A stretch of DNA of 64,000 nucleotides from Octopus bimaculoides (Eukaryota): positions 12,576,412-12,640,411 of the forward strand of contig NC_069008.1 in the NCBI RefSeq assembly GCF_001194135.2. Direction: 5' to 3'. The stretch's first letter is position 1. The number at the start of each line of letters is the position of its first letter. Below the pieces are notes generated by a model. It saw only the letters and a program-made list of their open reading frames with translations. It made no database searches and was not told where the DNA came from. Positions 38,673 to 50,727 of this stretch are shown here, in pieces. Position numbers and translations under genes: made by a program.

Positions 38673-39286
38673 TATATAAAATCAGGGGAACTAACTCACA
38701 CCGCTTAAAGAAAAACTTTCTATATTGTTTATCACGTCTTTAATGTAGTCTATGTCGATTAGTGGTAAAGGACACGATACAAAGTTACAACTGGCTGTAA
38801 TAATCAGAAAGAACTGTGTATGATTTATAAGTGATATGTTATTCTGCATTGTTGAGATACAAATGATGTTCTTATGTTTTCATGAAATAATTAAGTCAAT
38901 AAGCTAACTAAAAGCTACACTTAATGGAATATGTGTCTCTTAAATTTCTAGGCATAGTTCCGTTGACTTATTTCCCATTATAAAGCAAAATGTCTAGTCA
39001 GGAAGTACTCAGTCCAGACTTGAATAAATGACGGTAGACGACAAGTGTATGACGTTTAAATGTAATTCTCTGTTAAATCTGTTCCAACGAAACTACAGTG
39101 GCTGTCATAGAGAAAGGGGAAACATTGCAGGTTATAAACGAGGTAGTTGTTTACAGCGTTTGCTGTTACTGTGTGACGTAATGGAAGACTTGTAGTAGCG
39201 AGACCAATTAGTATTGAGTTTGGTTTATATAGATTCACCACACTAATTTGTTGTGATTGGTAAAATATCCATTACTAGTTTTTGGC

Positions 39287-40131
39287 GGTAATCTTCCAGT
39301 TTCGAGAGGTTAAAAAAGTAAATAAAATACAAGGGAAATAACTGAACGTCTTACCAGTATTATCCGTATTACTTTGTTTATAAATAAATCACGTGATTTG
39401 ATTGACGTTAACTGTTTATATATAAATCACACACGTGATTGAATATCATAGTTTCTTATGAGAAATCGAAAATGCCTCGTGGAAGACTGGCTGCACAACA
39501 TCTTATTGTTGCTGAAAACGAAATCCTAACTCGTGAATTAATATTAGAGGAAAAATAGAAAATCTGTGATTTAATCAGTNNNNNNNNNNNNNNNNNNNNN
39601 NNNNNNNNNNNNNNNNNNNNNNNNNNNNNNNNNNNNNNNNNNNNNNNNNNNNNNNNNNNNNNNNNNNNNNNNNNNNNNNNNNNNNNNNNNNNNNNNNNNN
39701 NNNNNNNNNNNNNNNNNNNNNNNNNNNNNNNNNNNNNNNNNNNNNNNNNNNNNNNNNNNNNNNNNNNNNNNNNNNNNNNNNNNNNNNCGACTTATTAGAA
39801 ATAAGTTTACCTGCGACGACTGTCTAGTACCATGCGGACTTATTACACGTGGTGACAGAATAGACGGAAAAGAATGGTACTGTAAACAGTGTAAAAAAAA
39901 GAAATCTGTCCGCTACGGTTCATGCTGTTTGTAAAAAGAAAAAACATTTAAAACTTTTATAAAAAAAAAAAATTCCGTCGCATGCTGTTTTAGATTCTTT
40001 TCTGCCTGTTAAAATTCCGTCGCATGCTGTTTTAGAGAAAAAGTAGTACGGATAATACTGGTAAGTCGTTCAGTTATTTCCCTTGAATATTTTTATTTAT
40101 TTCTTTTAGCTCTCGAAACTAGAAGATTACC
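39287..40131 (+). mobile_element. Merlin-like non-autonomous DNA transposon
   Basis: About 90-bp TIRs starting GGTAATC; 9-bp TSD GTTTTTGGC (39278-39286 and 40132-40140); Zn-ribbon remnant CDDC...DGKEWYCKQCKKKKSVRYGS. Confidence 0.8.
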
Positions 40132-40199
40132 GTTTTTGGCTAGTTATTGAGTCTTGTGTCGTGATTAGTTAAGCGTTGCCCAGGAATTGGATTGAAAGT

Positions 40200-41560
40200 T
40201 CAATCACGTTGCATGTAACATTGTAAGCGACAATTCTGCATGTGTTGTGGGGCCTTTCACTCAGAGTGAGAGGCTCTTTGTTCGTAACAATGTTAATAGC
40301 GCTCCAAACTTTGCCCAGCGAGTTTTAATTCTGGTAGCTACACTTTCAGAGCATTCTCCTCCACTGTTAATTAAGTCACTTACATAACAGAAACTACTGC
40401 TACCTCTAAAGATCCTCCTGGGCATTCCAGGAATTCTATTCCCAGTGTGTCTTTAGTGTTCGCTGGTCCTACAAATCTGCCACAAAACTGTTTTGTCTGT
40501 TAACTTTTCTTTGTTTCCACAACATCCCTTATCTGTCCATTGCTTGCACTGGATATACCAGAACGAATTTGTGTGTATTGGCACTTCGTCGCTTACGCCA
40601 TCGAGCGTTCCAGTTGATCCAATCAACGGAACAGCCTGCTCATGAAATTAACGTGCAAGTAGCTGAGCATGTACCCTTAACGTAGTTCTCAGGGATATTC
40701 AGCATGACACAGTGTGACAAGGCTAACCCTTTGAATTACAGGCGCAACAGAAACAGGAAGTAAGAATGAGAGAAAGTTGTGGTGAAAGAGTACAGCAGAG
40801 TTCGCCACCATCCCCTGCCGGAGCCTCGTGGAGCTTTAGGTGTTTTCGCTCAATAAACACTCACAACGCCCGGTCTGGGAATCGAAACCGCGATCCTATG
40901 ACCGCGAGTCNNNNNNNNNNATGAAATTAACGTGCAAGTAGCTGAGCATGTACCCTTAACGTAGTTCTCAGGGATATTCAGCATGACACAGTGTGACAAG
41001 GCTAACCCTTTGAATTACAGGCGCAACAGAAACAGGAAGTAAGAATGAGAGAAAGTTGTGGTGAAAGAGTACAGCAGAGTTCGCCACCATCCCCTGCCGG
41101 AGCCTCGTGGAGCTTTAGGTGTTTTCGCTCAATAAACACTCACAACGCCCGGTCTGGGAATCGAAACCGCGATCCTATGACCGCGAGTCCGCAGCCCTAA
41201 CCACTAGGCCATTGCGCCTCCACACCAGAACGAATTTACATACACCATTTTGACATATCGAGGAAGCGATTACTATTCAGCTTGTTTTCCTGTTTATTAC
41301 CACTTTGCCTTTTGCTAAGTTAAACTCTCAGATCCCTTGATTCTACACCTGAAATTTCTTCTGTAGATTAGCATAAAGGAGCTTCCACGTGCCATAGATC
41401 TTACCACCTCTATTACAGACTGCAGGATTTTGATAAATAAAGGGAGGCTGAGAAATGAATTCTTTCTGCACATTGAATCCATTGCTTCATACATCAGTGA
41501 CTTTCACCTGACTGTCAGCACCACCATACATGGTTTTGAGGTCTCTCACCTATTATTCAT
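40200..41560 (-). mobile_element. RTE LINE relic hosting a SINE insertion
   Basis: GGECSESVATRIKTRWAKFGALLTLLRTKSLSL on the minus strand; continues beyond the SINE. Confidence 0.6.
40571..41223 (-). mobile_element. tRNA-derived SINE family C with 14-bp TSD
   Basis: Head TGGCCTAGTGGTTAG ... GGTTTCGATTCCC; TSD ACCAGAACGAATTT at 40557-40570 and 41224-41237. The internal doubling across the 10-N gap is probably an assembly artefact. Confidence 0.8.
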
Positions 41561-42352
41561 CGACCCCTAGCTTTGACAACAAACACCAGATATGGGATAC
41601 AAGACTTTTTCCACACCAACATATACTCATTACAAAATAAAATAATTAAGAAAAATAACTAAGAATGGGTAGTAAGATGAATTTGGGCAAATCTTACAGA
41701 CAACACCACAGTACATGGCTTGGATGGTTCTCACCAGTCATTTGTCTATCCCTAGCTTCTGTAGCAACTGACATATACAAGACAGGGTTGCTGTCAAGTT
41801 ATATATACAATAAAAAATATATATACAATAAAAAAACCAAGAGTTAAGAAAATAATTCAGTGAGCAGTAGAATGAACTTGGATAATAATGGGAAATAAAG
41901 GTATATTAAATGCAATACGAAATAAATTCATCATTTATTGAAACTATCACTAATGACTTGAATTTTCACAGACAGTTACTGTGGTATATGAATACCGACG
42001 TTTTGTTAAGTGAATCCTTTGAGGAAAGATCAGCCATAAATATCATACATCGTTTCTCATATGTAGCTAAATTACTTGATCTAGACAAAGATTTACTAGA
42101 GATAACAAATTTATATGGCTTCTCTCCTGTATGAATAAATATGAGTGAAGTGAAGTGACCATTTTGAGAGAATAATTTACCACAGATATAATAGAGATAT
42201 GGCTACTACGTTGTGTGAATGTTTGTGTTTAACGTAAGACTGTGTTGAGTCTGAGAAGGATTCTGAGAGAATGATTTACCACAGGATCTCTTGCATGAAT
42301 ACATTTGTGAATGGTAACATCTCTACTTTGAGAGAATAATTTTCTACAGATA

Positions 42353-43729
42353 TCACTGATATGATTGCTCTCCCATGTGAATTTGTTTGTGTTTAGTTAA
42401 ATTACCTCTAAAAGAGAATGATTTGCCACAGATATCACAATGATATGGTTTCTCACCTGTGTGAATACGTATGTGTGTTGTTAAGTTACAACTTTCTGAG
42501 AATGATTTACCACAAACATCACAGTGATATGGCTTCTCTCCTGTATGAGTTCGTTTGTGTTCAGTTAGGTGATGACTTTGAGAGAATGATTTACCACAGA
42601 TATTACAATGATATGGTTTCTCTCCTGTATGACTTCGTTTGTGTTCAGTCAAGTGACAATTTTGAGAGAATGATTTACCACAGATATCACACTGATATTG
42701 TTTCTCTCCTGTATGAACACGTATGTGTTTAGTTAAGCTGTTACTTGTAGAGAATGATTTACCACAAATATCACAATATGATTTCTCTCCTGTGTGAATG
42801 TGTTTGTGTTTATTTAAGTAACACTTTACAGAGAATGATTTGCCACAGATATCACACTGAAATGGTTTTTCTCCTGTATGAATACTTTTGTGTATCACTA
42901 ACTTACAACTTTCAGAGAATGATTTATAGCATATATTACAGTGATATGGCTTCTCTCCTGTATGACTTCGCTTGTGTATAGTTAAATTACTACTTTGAAA
43001 GAATGATTTGCCACAGATATCACAATGATATGGTTTCTCTCCTGTATGAATGCGTTTGTGTTTAGTTAAGTCGTTACCTCCAGAGAATGATTTACTACAA
43101 ACATCACAATAATATGGTTTCTCTCCTGTATGAATATACTTATGTCTAGTTAAGTAACTCTTTACAGAAAATGATTTGCCACACACATCACAATGATATG
43201 GTTTCTCACCTGTGTGAATACGTTTGTGTGTCATTAAGTTACAACTTTTAGAGAATGATTTGTCACATATATCACAGTGATATGGTTTCTCTCCAGAATG
43301 AATACGTTTGTGGTCAGTTAAGTGATGATTTTGAGAGAATGATTTGCCACAAATATCACAGTGATATGGATTCTCACCTGTATGAATACGTTTGTGAACA
43401 GTTAAATCCCCACTTTGAGAGAATGATTTGCCACAGATATCACAGTGATATGGTTTCTCTCCTGTATGAATACGTCGGTGTTTAATTAAGCTGCTACTCA
43501 CAGAGAATGATTTACCACATATATCACAGTGATATGGCTTCTCTCCTGTATGAATGCGTTTGTGTGTTTTTAAGTTACCACTTCCAGTGAATGATTTACC
43601 ACAGATATCACACTGATATGGTTTCTCTCCTGTATGAGTGTATCTGTGTGTTATTAATGTACGACTGTTAGAAAATGATTTCCCACAAGCATCACAGTGG
43701 TGTGATGTTTTCCCTTGCTCTTTACTCAT
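42353..43729 (-). CDS. ZNF-5: C2H2 zinc-finger protein, 16 fingers
   Basis: ATG at 43729; exon begins at 44129 after TTTCAG; ends where TGTGAT has lost 2 nt to give TGA in the next finger. Confidence 0.92.
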   Translation of the reverse strand: MSKEQGKTSHHCDACGKSFSNSRTLITHRYTHTGEKPYQCDICGKSFTGSGNLKTHKRIHTGEKPYHCDICGKSFSVSSSLIKHRRIHTGEKPYHCDICGKSFSQSGDLTVHKRIHTGENPYHCDICGKSFSQNHHLTDHKRIHSGEKPYHCDICDKSFSKSCNLMTHKRIHTGEKPYHCDVCGKSFSVKSYLTRHKYIHTGEKPYYCDVCSKSFSGGNDLTKHKRIHTGEKPYHCDICGKSFFQSSNLTIHKRSHTGEKPYHCNICYKSFSESCKLVIHKSIHTGEKPFQCDICGKSFSVKCYLNKHKHIHTGEKSYCDICGKSFSTSNSLTKHIRVHTGEKQYQCDICGKSFSQNCHLTEHKRSHTGEKPYHCNICGKSFSQSHHLTEHKRTHTGEKPYHCDVCGKSFSESCNLTTHIRIHTGEKPYHCDICGKSFSFRGNLTKHKQIHMGEQSYQ

Positions 43730-44571
43730 GTCACTAGGCAAATCAATTCTTTTGTGTTTTATATTTAAACTTATTCACACAACATTCAACTTCCATTGTT
43801 TATCTTTTCTCATGACAATATAGAGATATTTATCTTCTTTACATTTCTATATTTTATTGCTATTAAATATTTCTATTACTATGATTTTTGTCAATATCTT
43901 GAACAAGTTGTTAAGTCCTTTTTTAACTCAAATGCAAAGTCATCTTGTTCATATTCCAGACAGTCAACAAAAGAATTATTGCTATCAATCTCAGTTTACA
44001 AAATATATTTGCCTGTAAGTTGCCATAGACTTACATAAGGAGAGTTATGGCTTTCCTGTCTGACATTTTCGTTCAGTCTTCAAAAGATGATAGACATTGA
44101 CGATGTATAGAATTCTTTGGTGCCAATGCCTGAAATACCAGAGAAACAACAGTATAAGATAAAGGGAATATTTAAAATACGACTGGATAAATTCTAGTGT
44201 ATTTTTAGAGTTAAGCTGTAGGAATAAACATTTACCTGAACAACTGAACTGTACTCTACCTCTTTTGAAGATGTATTATATAATGGTGAAGATATATTAT
44301 ATGTACAGAACAAGAAGCTTGTTTTGAAACTATGTGGGTCTTGTGTTCATTTTCACTGTGTGACATGTTGGATATGTATCTTCTCCTCTAGTCCCAGGTC
44401 AACCAAAGTCTTGTGATGTATATTATGGCATACCTTTCTCGCCTACGCTCTAAGAAATAGAGTCTTAATCTCTTGAGTCTTTCCAATAGCTTATATGCTG
44501 CATAGAGGCTATCTTCTTCGTGTAGCTTCATTGGATTGCCTCAAGTTCTGAGATTAATTTATATACCACAC

Positions 44572-44931
44572 ATACAATGTGGTATCAAAAAGTTTCCAGA
44601 CTCTGTAGCATGCAAGTAGATGGCAGCACGTGGTTGTATGTGCAGTGAGAGCTAGCGGTGACATTGTTGTGTTTACTTCAGAAGTTGTGAAATTTATGTT
44701 TTCATGATCATGTGTGTGTTGTAGTCGGCAATTTTGAAATGGCCAGGAACAATGAGCCAATGTGAAATTTTGCGTTAAGCTTAGTAAGTCTGCTAGAGAC
44801 ACTGACCATGTTTCAGCAAGCTTACGGGAATGAGGCAGTGTTTTGAGTGGCACTAGCAGTTCAAAAGTTGAAGAATGTCCCTGGAAGACGATGAGCAATC
44901 TGGAAGCCCTGCCTCGAGAGTCACTCTCAGA
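44572..44931 (+). mobile_element. mariner left end (same family as 61747-62622)
   Basis: TA-CAATGTGGTATCAAAAAGTTTCC terminus and shared gtgcagtgagagctagc / aatgtgaaattttg blocks; cut by a gap. Confidence 0.7.
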
Positions 44932-45496
44932 NNNNNNNNNNNNNNNNNNNNNNNNNNNNNNNNNNNNNNNNNNNNNNNNNNNNNNNNNNNNNNNNNNNNN
45001 NNNNNNNNNNNNNNNNNNNNNNNNNNNNNNNCCCGTTTTTTTTTTTTTTTAGTATAAAGTTTTTTAAAATGGATGAATCTTTAAGTTTTTGCATACATTA
45101 TTTATTTTGTATATATTTCCCATTTTCATAACTCTTCTTCATTGCATGTCATTTAATTCGAGAGGTGCATTTCTCATTTCTTTTCCAGCTGGGTTTTTAT
45201 TTTCGTGACGGGCTTAAACTGTATATTGACCAACAAAACATTTGCCCCTTGTTTTTTTTACACCTATTACACTTTTTTCTTTTGTTGTTTTGGTGACCGA
45301 GAGTTAAAGTAAACTTTAACCGTTTTATTTTACAATATCCAGTTTTCACAAACCTGTAATTACGTCTAAACCTGTTTAATCATTGATTTTAGACAAGGTG
45401 GAGAATAAAATTTATATCAATGTCTGACACACTACATCAAACGGTTTTACATTACGCTTGTCCAAATACTTTTACTAAAGTAACTGTATAATTATG

Positions 45497-45574
45497 TCTT
45501 ACCTGTTATAAAGCTCTGTTTATAGTGGAATATTTGCAATTACAACCAAAATATGTTTCATAGCGCCATTCTAA
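45497..45574 (-). promoter_or_regulatory. Candidate 72-nt non-coding exon of ZNF-5 (45574-45503) and donor
   Basis: On the minus strand: acceptor TTTACTTCAG| and donor TTATAACAG|GTAAGA; homologous to the ZNF-3 and ZNF-4 exons. Confidence 0.55.
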
Positions 45575-45832
45575 CTGAAGTAAACTTTCGCAATGGAAAT
45601 TATAAAAATAGACTCGGAAACATAAATGGCAAAATGCACTTTGATTCTGTTTTTAAAAGCTAGAAGAAAAACACATGCGTTTTATATCTCAAATTATTAA
45701 CGTTAAATATACTGGAATTTAAAAAATTTTATTTCAAATAAAAACTATGATGGCGTTCAGTAGATTTCTGCAGCTACAATATCTGAAAGGGTACTACTAA
45801 ATCAGAATGGTCCCGAACGCGCACCCGGGCAA

Positions 45833-45925
45833 GCTAATCGTGAGTGGTCGAGCCTACAAAAAGTGCGCGTGTGCAAATGAATACGTGTTTAGGGTTAGGG
45901 TTAGGATCGACCACTCACGACTAGC
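45833..45925. repeat. 93-bp element with 19-bp inverted ends and TTAGGG units
   Basis: GCTAATCGTGAGTGGTCGA ... TCGACCACTCACGACTAGC (18/19 match) enclosing TTTAGGGTTAGGGTTAGG. Confidence 0.7.
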
Positions 45926-46149
45926 AAGCGCGGACGCGCGACTGAGACGACTCTGCTTTAGTAGTACCTCTGCAAGATATAGTGCTGTGACGGTAGTTAC
46001 AATATAATTTTATTTTAAATATGTTTCTAAAGAAGAATGATGTATCAGTCTTGCTTTAAATGAGTTCAAACAATAAATGAAGTATCATTCTCACTTCAAA
46101 TTTGTTTCTTAAAAGTAATTACACAGATGAAGAACGTGGATACTAGCTG

Positions 46150-47380
46150 GCAATGACCAGAGGTTTTACTACGTCTCGTTTCGCCCTTCCAGCTGAATGA
46201 CTGTGGTTTGAAGGTACATAAAATTGTTCTTACCTCGACTTGCAATCGGGTACCGCCGGCAGAGTGATCATTTCTTCACCCGTGTTGTCACGACCTTTCT
46301 TTCTTCGCGACAGGCATCTGTCACTGCTCGTGTCCCCAGGAAGAAACCAAACGCAGAGAAAAACTTTTCTTCTCAATCGCTGACGTGACGTCATCTCTCG
46401 TCGCTTCCACCACATGCCGCCTGATCTAAAGATCACTGCGCCCTTGTTCTGTCTCGTAATCATCCATCCACCTGGTGGGGACGGCGTTCCCTTAGAGATC
46501 TCCGTAGTGTCTCTCGGCCGCCGTTCCCCTCCCTTTCGTCATCGGAACAGCTAATCAGTCTTCGAATATCTGGGACGTGACGCGGCGTTCCATCCACTGA
46601 TACATTATTCGAAGTACTGATTGTATCAACTTTCCATTTTCCTACTGCGTTGTGCACCGAGTGTTAGGAGGCTTCACCCACACTTCATCTCCAACCTGCA
46701 CACTTCTCGCTGCTGCGGCACCACGCTCGCGTGTCTCCATTTGTATGGAGGGGGACGCGAAATTTTCTCTCCCCACGAGAGTTCCGGACCCCAGTAATGA
46801 ACTTATTTGCATACAGCCAATCAGAGCAGTGCTACCTTTATCCTTTCTTCTTTTCTAGTCAGCATCGTGTATTCCTTACTCTTTCCCTCTCTATTGGCAG
46901 ACAACAACTGTAGGGGCTTTAAGGTTTGATCATTTTCATTCAGTCAGGAAACAGGATCACACTTTAAACCTCTATAAATTTTTAAAAACATTTTTCTGGA
47001 CAAAATGAAATAACTCCAGCAATTCAGTCTGGGCAAGTGTATTATTGTGCCAACGTTGGAGTAACCAGTGAACATCGAAGGATCAACACCAAGAAGGAAG
47101 AAATATTATTTACATATTCGTTTGCCCGACAGGTAGTAAGGGGACGGAGAAGTTGCTGTCTGCCAGTAGAGTGGGAAAGAATAAGGAATGCACAGTGCTG
47201 ACTAGAAAGGAAGAAAGGATAAAGGTGGCTCTGCTCTGATTGGCTGTAAGCAAATGAGTTCCTTACTGGGATCCAGAACTATCGTGGGGAAAAATTTCGT
47301 ATGTGGAACACAAAATTTTTTTCCCACAAGAGTTCCAGACACGAGTTATGAACTCATTTGCATACAGCCAATCAAAGTTC
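46150..47380. promoter_or_regulatory. CpG-rich candidate promoter region with CRE, octamer and CCAAT motifs in an inverted repeat
   Basis: TGACGTCA at 46386; ATTTGCAT+CCAAT at 46805-46821 and 47356-47372; inverted arm at 47151-47299; minus-strand donor GAG|GTAAGA at 46233. Confidence 0.5.
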
Positions 47381-47626
47381 AACTATCAAACNNNNNNNNN
47401 NCTGGGATCCAGAACTATCGTGGGGAAAAATTTCGTATGTGGAACACAAAATTTTTTTCCCACAAGAGTTCCAGACACGAGTTATGAACTCATTTGCATA
47501 CAGCCAATCAAAGTTCAACTATCAAACTAATTTATGAGTGCATAACAAGTGATGGGCGATAGAATAAGGTCACTTGGGTAAGGAATGACCATGCTTCTTT
47601 CCTCTTTTAATAATGCTTATTATTAA

Positions 47627-47843
47627 GGCGGCGAGCTGGCAGAACCGTTAGCACACTGGGCTAAATGCTTAGCGGTATTTCGCCTGTCTTTACGTTCTGA
47701 GTTCAAATTCCGCTGAGGTCAACTTTGCCTTTCATCCTTTCAGGGTCGATAAATTAAGTACCAGTCGCATACTGGAGTCAATCTAATCGACTGGCCCCCT
47801 TCCCCGAAATTTTGGGCCTTGTGCCTTGAGTAGAAAAGAATAA
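47627..47843 (+). mobile_element. tRNA-derived SINE family D
   Basis: Head GGCGGCGAGCTGGCAG ... GAGTTCAAATTCC; central GCCTTTCATCCTTTCAGGGTCGATAAATTAAGTACCAG resembles Sauria/Meta-type SINE domains (from recall). Confidence 0.7.
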
Positions 47844-48289
47844 TGTTTGTTGTTCTTGTCCTTGTTTCAACCATGGCTGCCTCTGTGTAGTTATTTGTAT
47901 TGTTGTTTACCTTGTAAAACAGTAAGGGGAAAGGGTTGCTAGCACACTCTCCCCAATGGGACCCTAACAAAAATCCAATAATAGGTATAGATGCAAATCT
48001 ATCTAATTACTTGTCTCCTAAAATCAGGCATAACTTGGCGAAATTTCATGTTGGTTCTTTGTTCCAACTTCCTGTCCATGACAAAATCAGACTACAGTAT
48101 ACATGTGATCACATAAACACAAATTTCATTTAATTGTTTACATAGTGAAATCACATTTTTTCATGAATGTACTGAGATTTGCACCAAAATTCTCACTTAA
48201 ATATGGCTAGGCTATTTAGGGCCATTTTGGTGTCATTTGCCATAAAAATTCTCAGCTGGATTTGGGTGGTTTAAAACAAAAGGGTTAAA

Positions 48290-48520
48290 CTCCATTCCTA
48301 TAACATCAACGACTAAGGCAAATAAGAAGGTGTTAAAAACTGATCCATTGTGAGCTCCTACCAGCATACTGAATGCATTGCTATATGTATTACTGACTTT
48401 CACCTTATAGAAAACAGCACAGTACACAGCTTGGAAGTTTCTCTCTCCAGTCATTCGTCTATCCCTAGCTTCCACGACAACTGCCAGATACAAGACAGAG
48501 GGTTGCAGTCAAGTAAGTTC
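48290..48520 (-). mobile_element. RTE RT fragment in psiZNF-6 3' flank
   Basis: FSMLVGAHNGSVFNTFLFALVV; paralog of 12770-12965, followed by the same downstream flank sequence. Confidence 0.7.
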
Positions 48521-49016
48521 TCCATGCTGACATATATACAATAAAAAAACAAAACCTAAAACAATTAGCTCAGTGTAAACAATGCCATGAAATAGAATCA
48601 AAAGGCAAATAAAGTTATATTAAATACCACACAAAAGAAATTCATCATTTACTGAAACTATTATTGACAACCTGAATTTTCACATTGATACAGTTACTGT
48701 AGCAAATGAATACCTACACATTTCGTTAAGTGAATCCTTTGAAGGTATGAATGGCCACAGATATCACATTCATATGGTTTCTCTGTGTAGGAATATGAAT
48801 ATGCATAGTTAACTGACTTGTTCTACAGAAAGTTATCCCATGGATAACGCACACACATGGCTTCTCTCTTGTATGAATGAGTGTGTGTGTAGTTAAGTGA
48901 CCATTTTGAGAGAATGATTTACACAGATATGTCAGTGGTATGGCTCCTTCGTTCTATGATTTTATTTGTGTTAAGCAGTCATATATTGAAAACAATTTAC
49001 CACAGTGATGTGTTTC

Positions 49017-50095
<1,079 letters not shown>

Positions 50096-50727
50096 TTGCA
50101 CCTATATGCAACAATAATGATACATGCAGCATATCAAACATCAAATGAAGAATGTTCCTGGCTTTGGGTAAAAGAAAATACAATAGGATTAGTTAATTAT
50201 GATTTTATTCAACATATTCCCCTCTCAGATTCACACACTTATTGCAGTGGTCCTTCAGTTTTTCTAAGCCCTGCAAAAGAACTCAGAAGGTTGGGCCTCC
50301 AACCAGGCCTTTGCAATATCCTTAAAGCCAGGAACTTTTCAGTATTCCTTCATAGATATATCAGGGATAGATGCCCAGTCATTTTAATAACAACAAATTT
50401 ATTTTTTATCAAAATTCACAATGTGTATATCCATATTCTCATGATACAGAGGAAGCAGTATTTCTGTTCATCATCTTTATTAATTTAATGTCACATTCTC
50501 TTTAAAGACAAAATTATTTACAATACATACATTGTGTGAGTCTATTGACAGTTTGGAATGTGTTACTGGTTGGAACCCCCAGGTTTCCTGTCCTGAAATT
50601 GTTTGGTTAAGATATCATGCTGATATAGTTTCTCTTTGTATGAATATGGCTTCTTTCTTATATGACTTTGTGTTAAGCAATTATACTGAAAGAATGATTT
50701 ACCACAGATACCCCAGCAATGTGGCTA

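Noticed and set aside
40642-41189. Exact 269-bp tandem duplication inside a SINE
   Set aside because: Identical copies flank a 10-N gap, the pattern of unmerged overlapping contigs.
47270-47530. Exact tandem duplication of the octamer/CCAAT block
   Set aside because: Also straddles a 10-N gap (47392-47401); counted once only.
10171-47843. tRNA genes
   Set aside because: The A/B-box heads run on into repeated SINE bodies and lack a complete cloverleaf.
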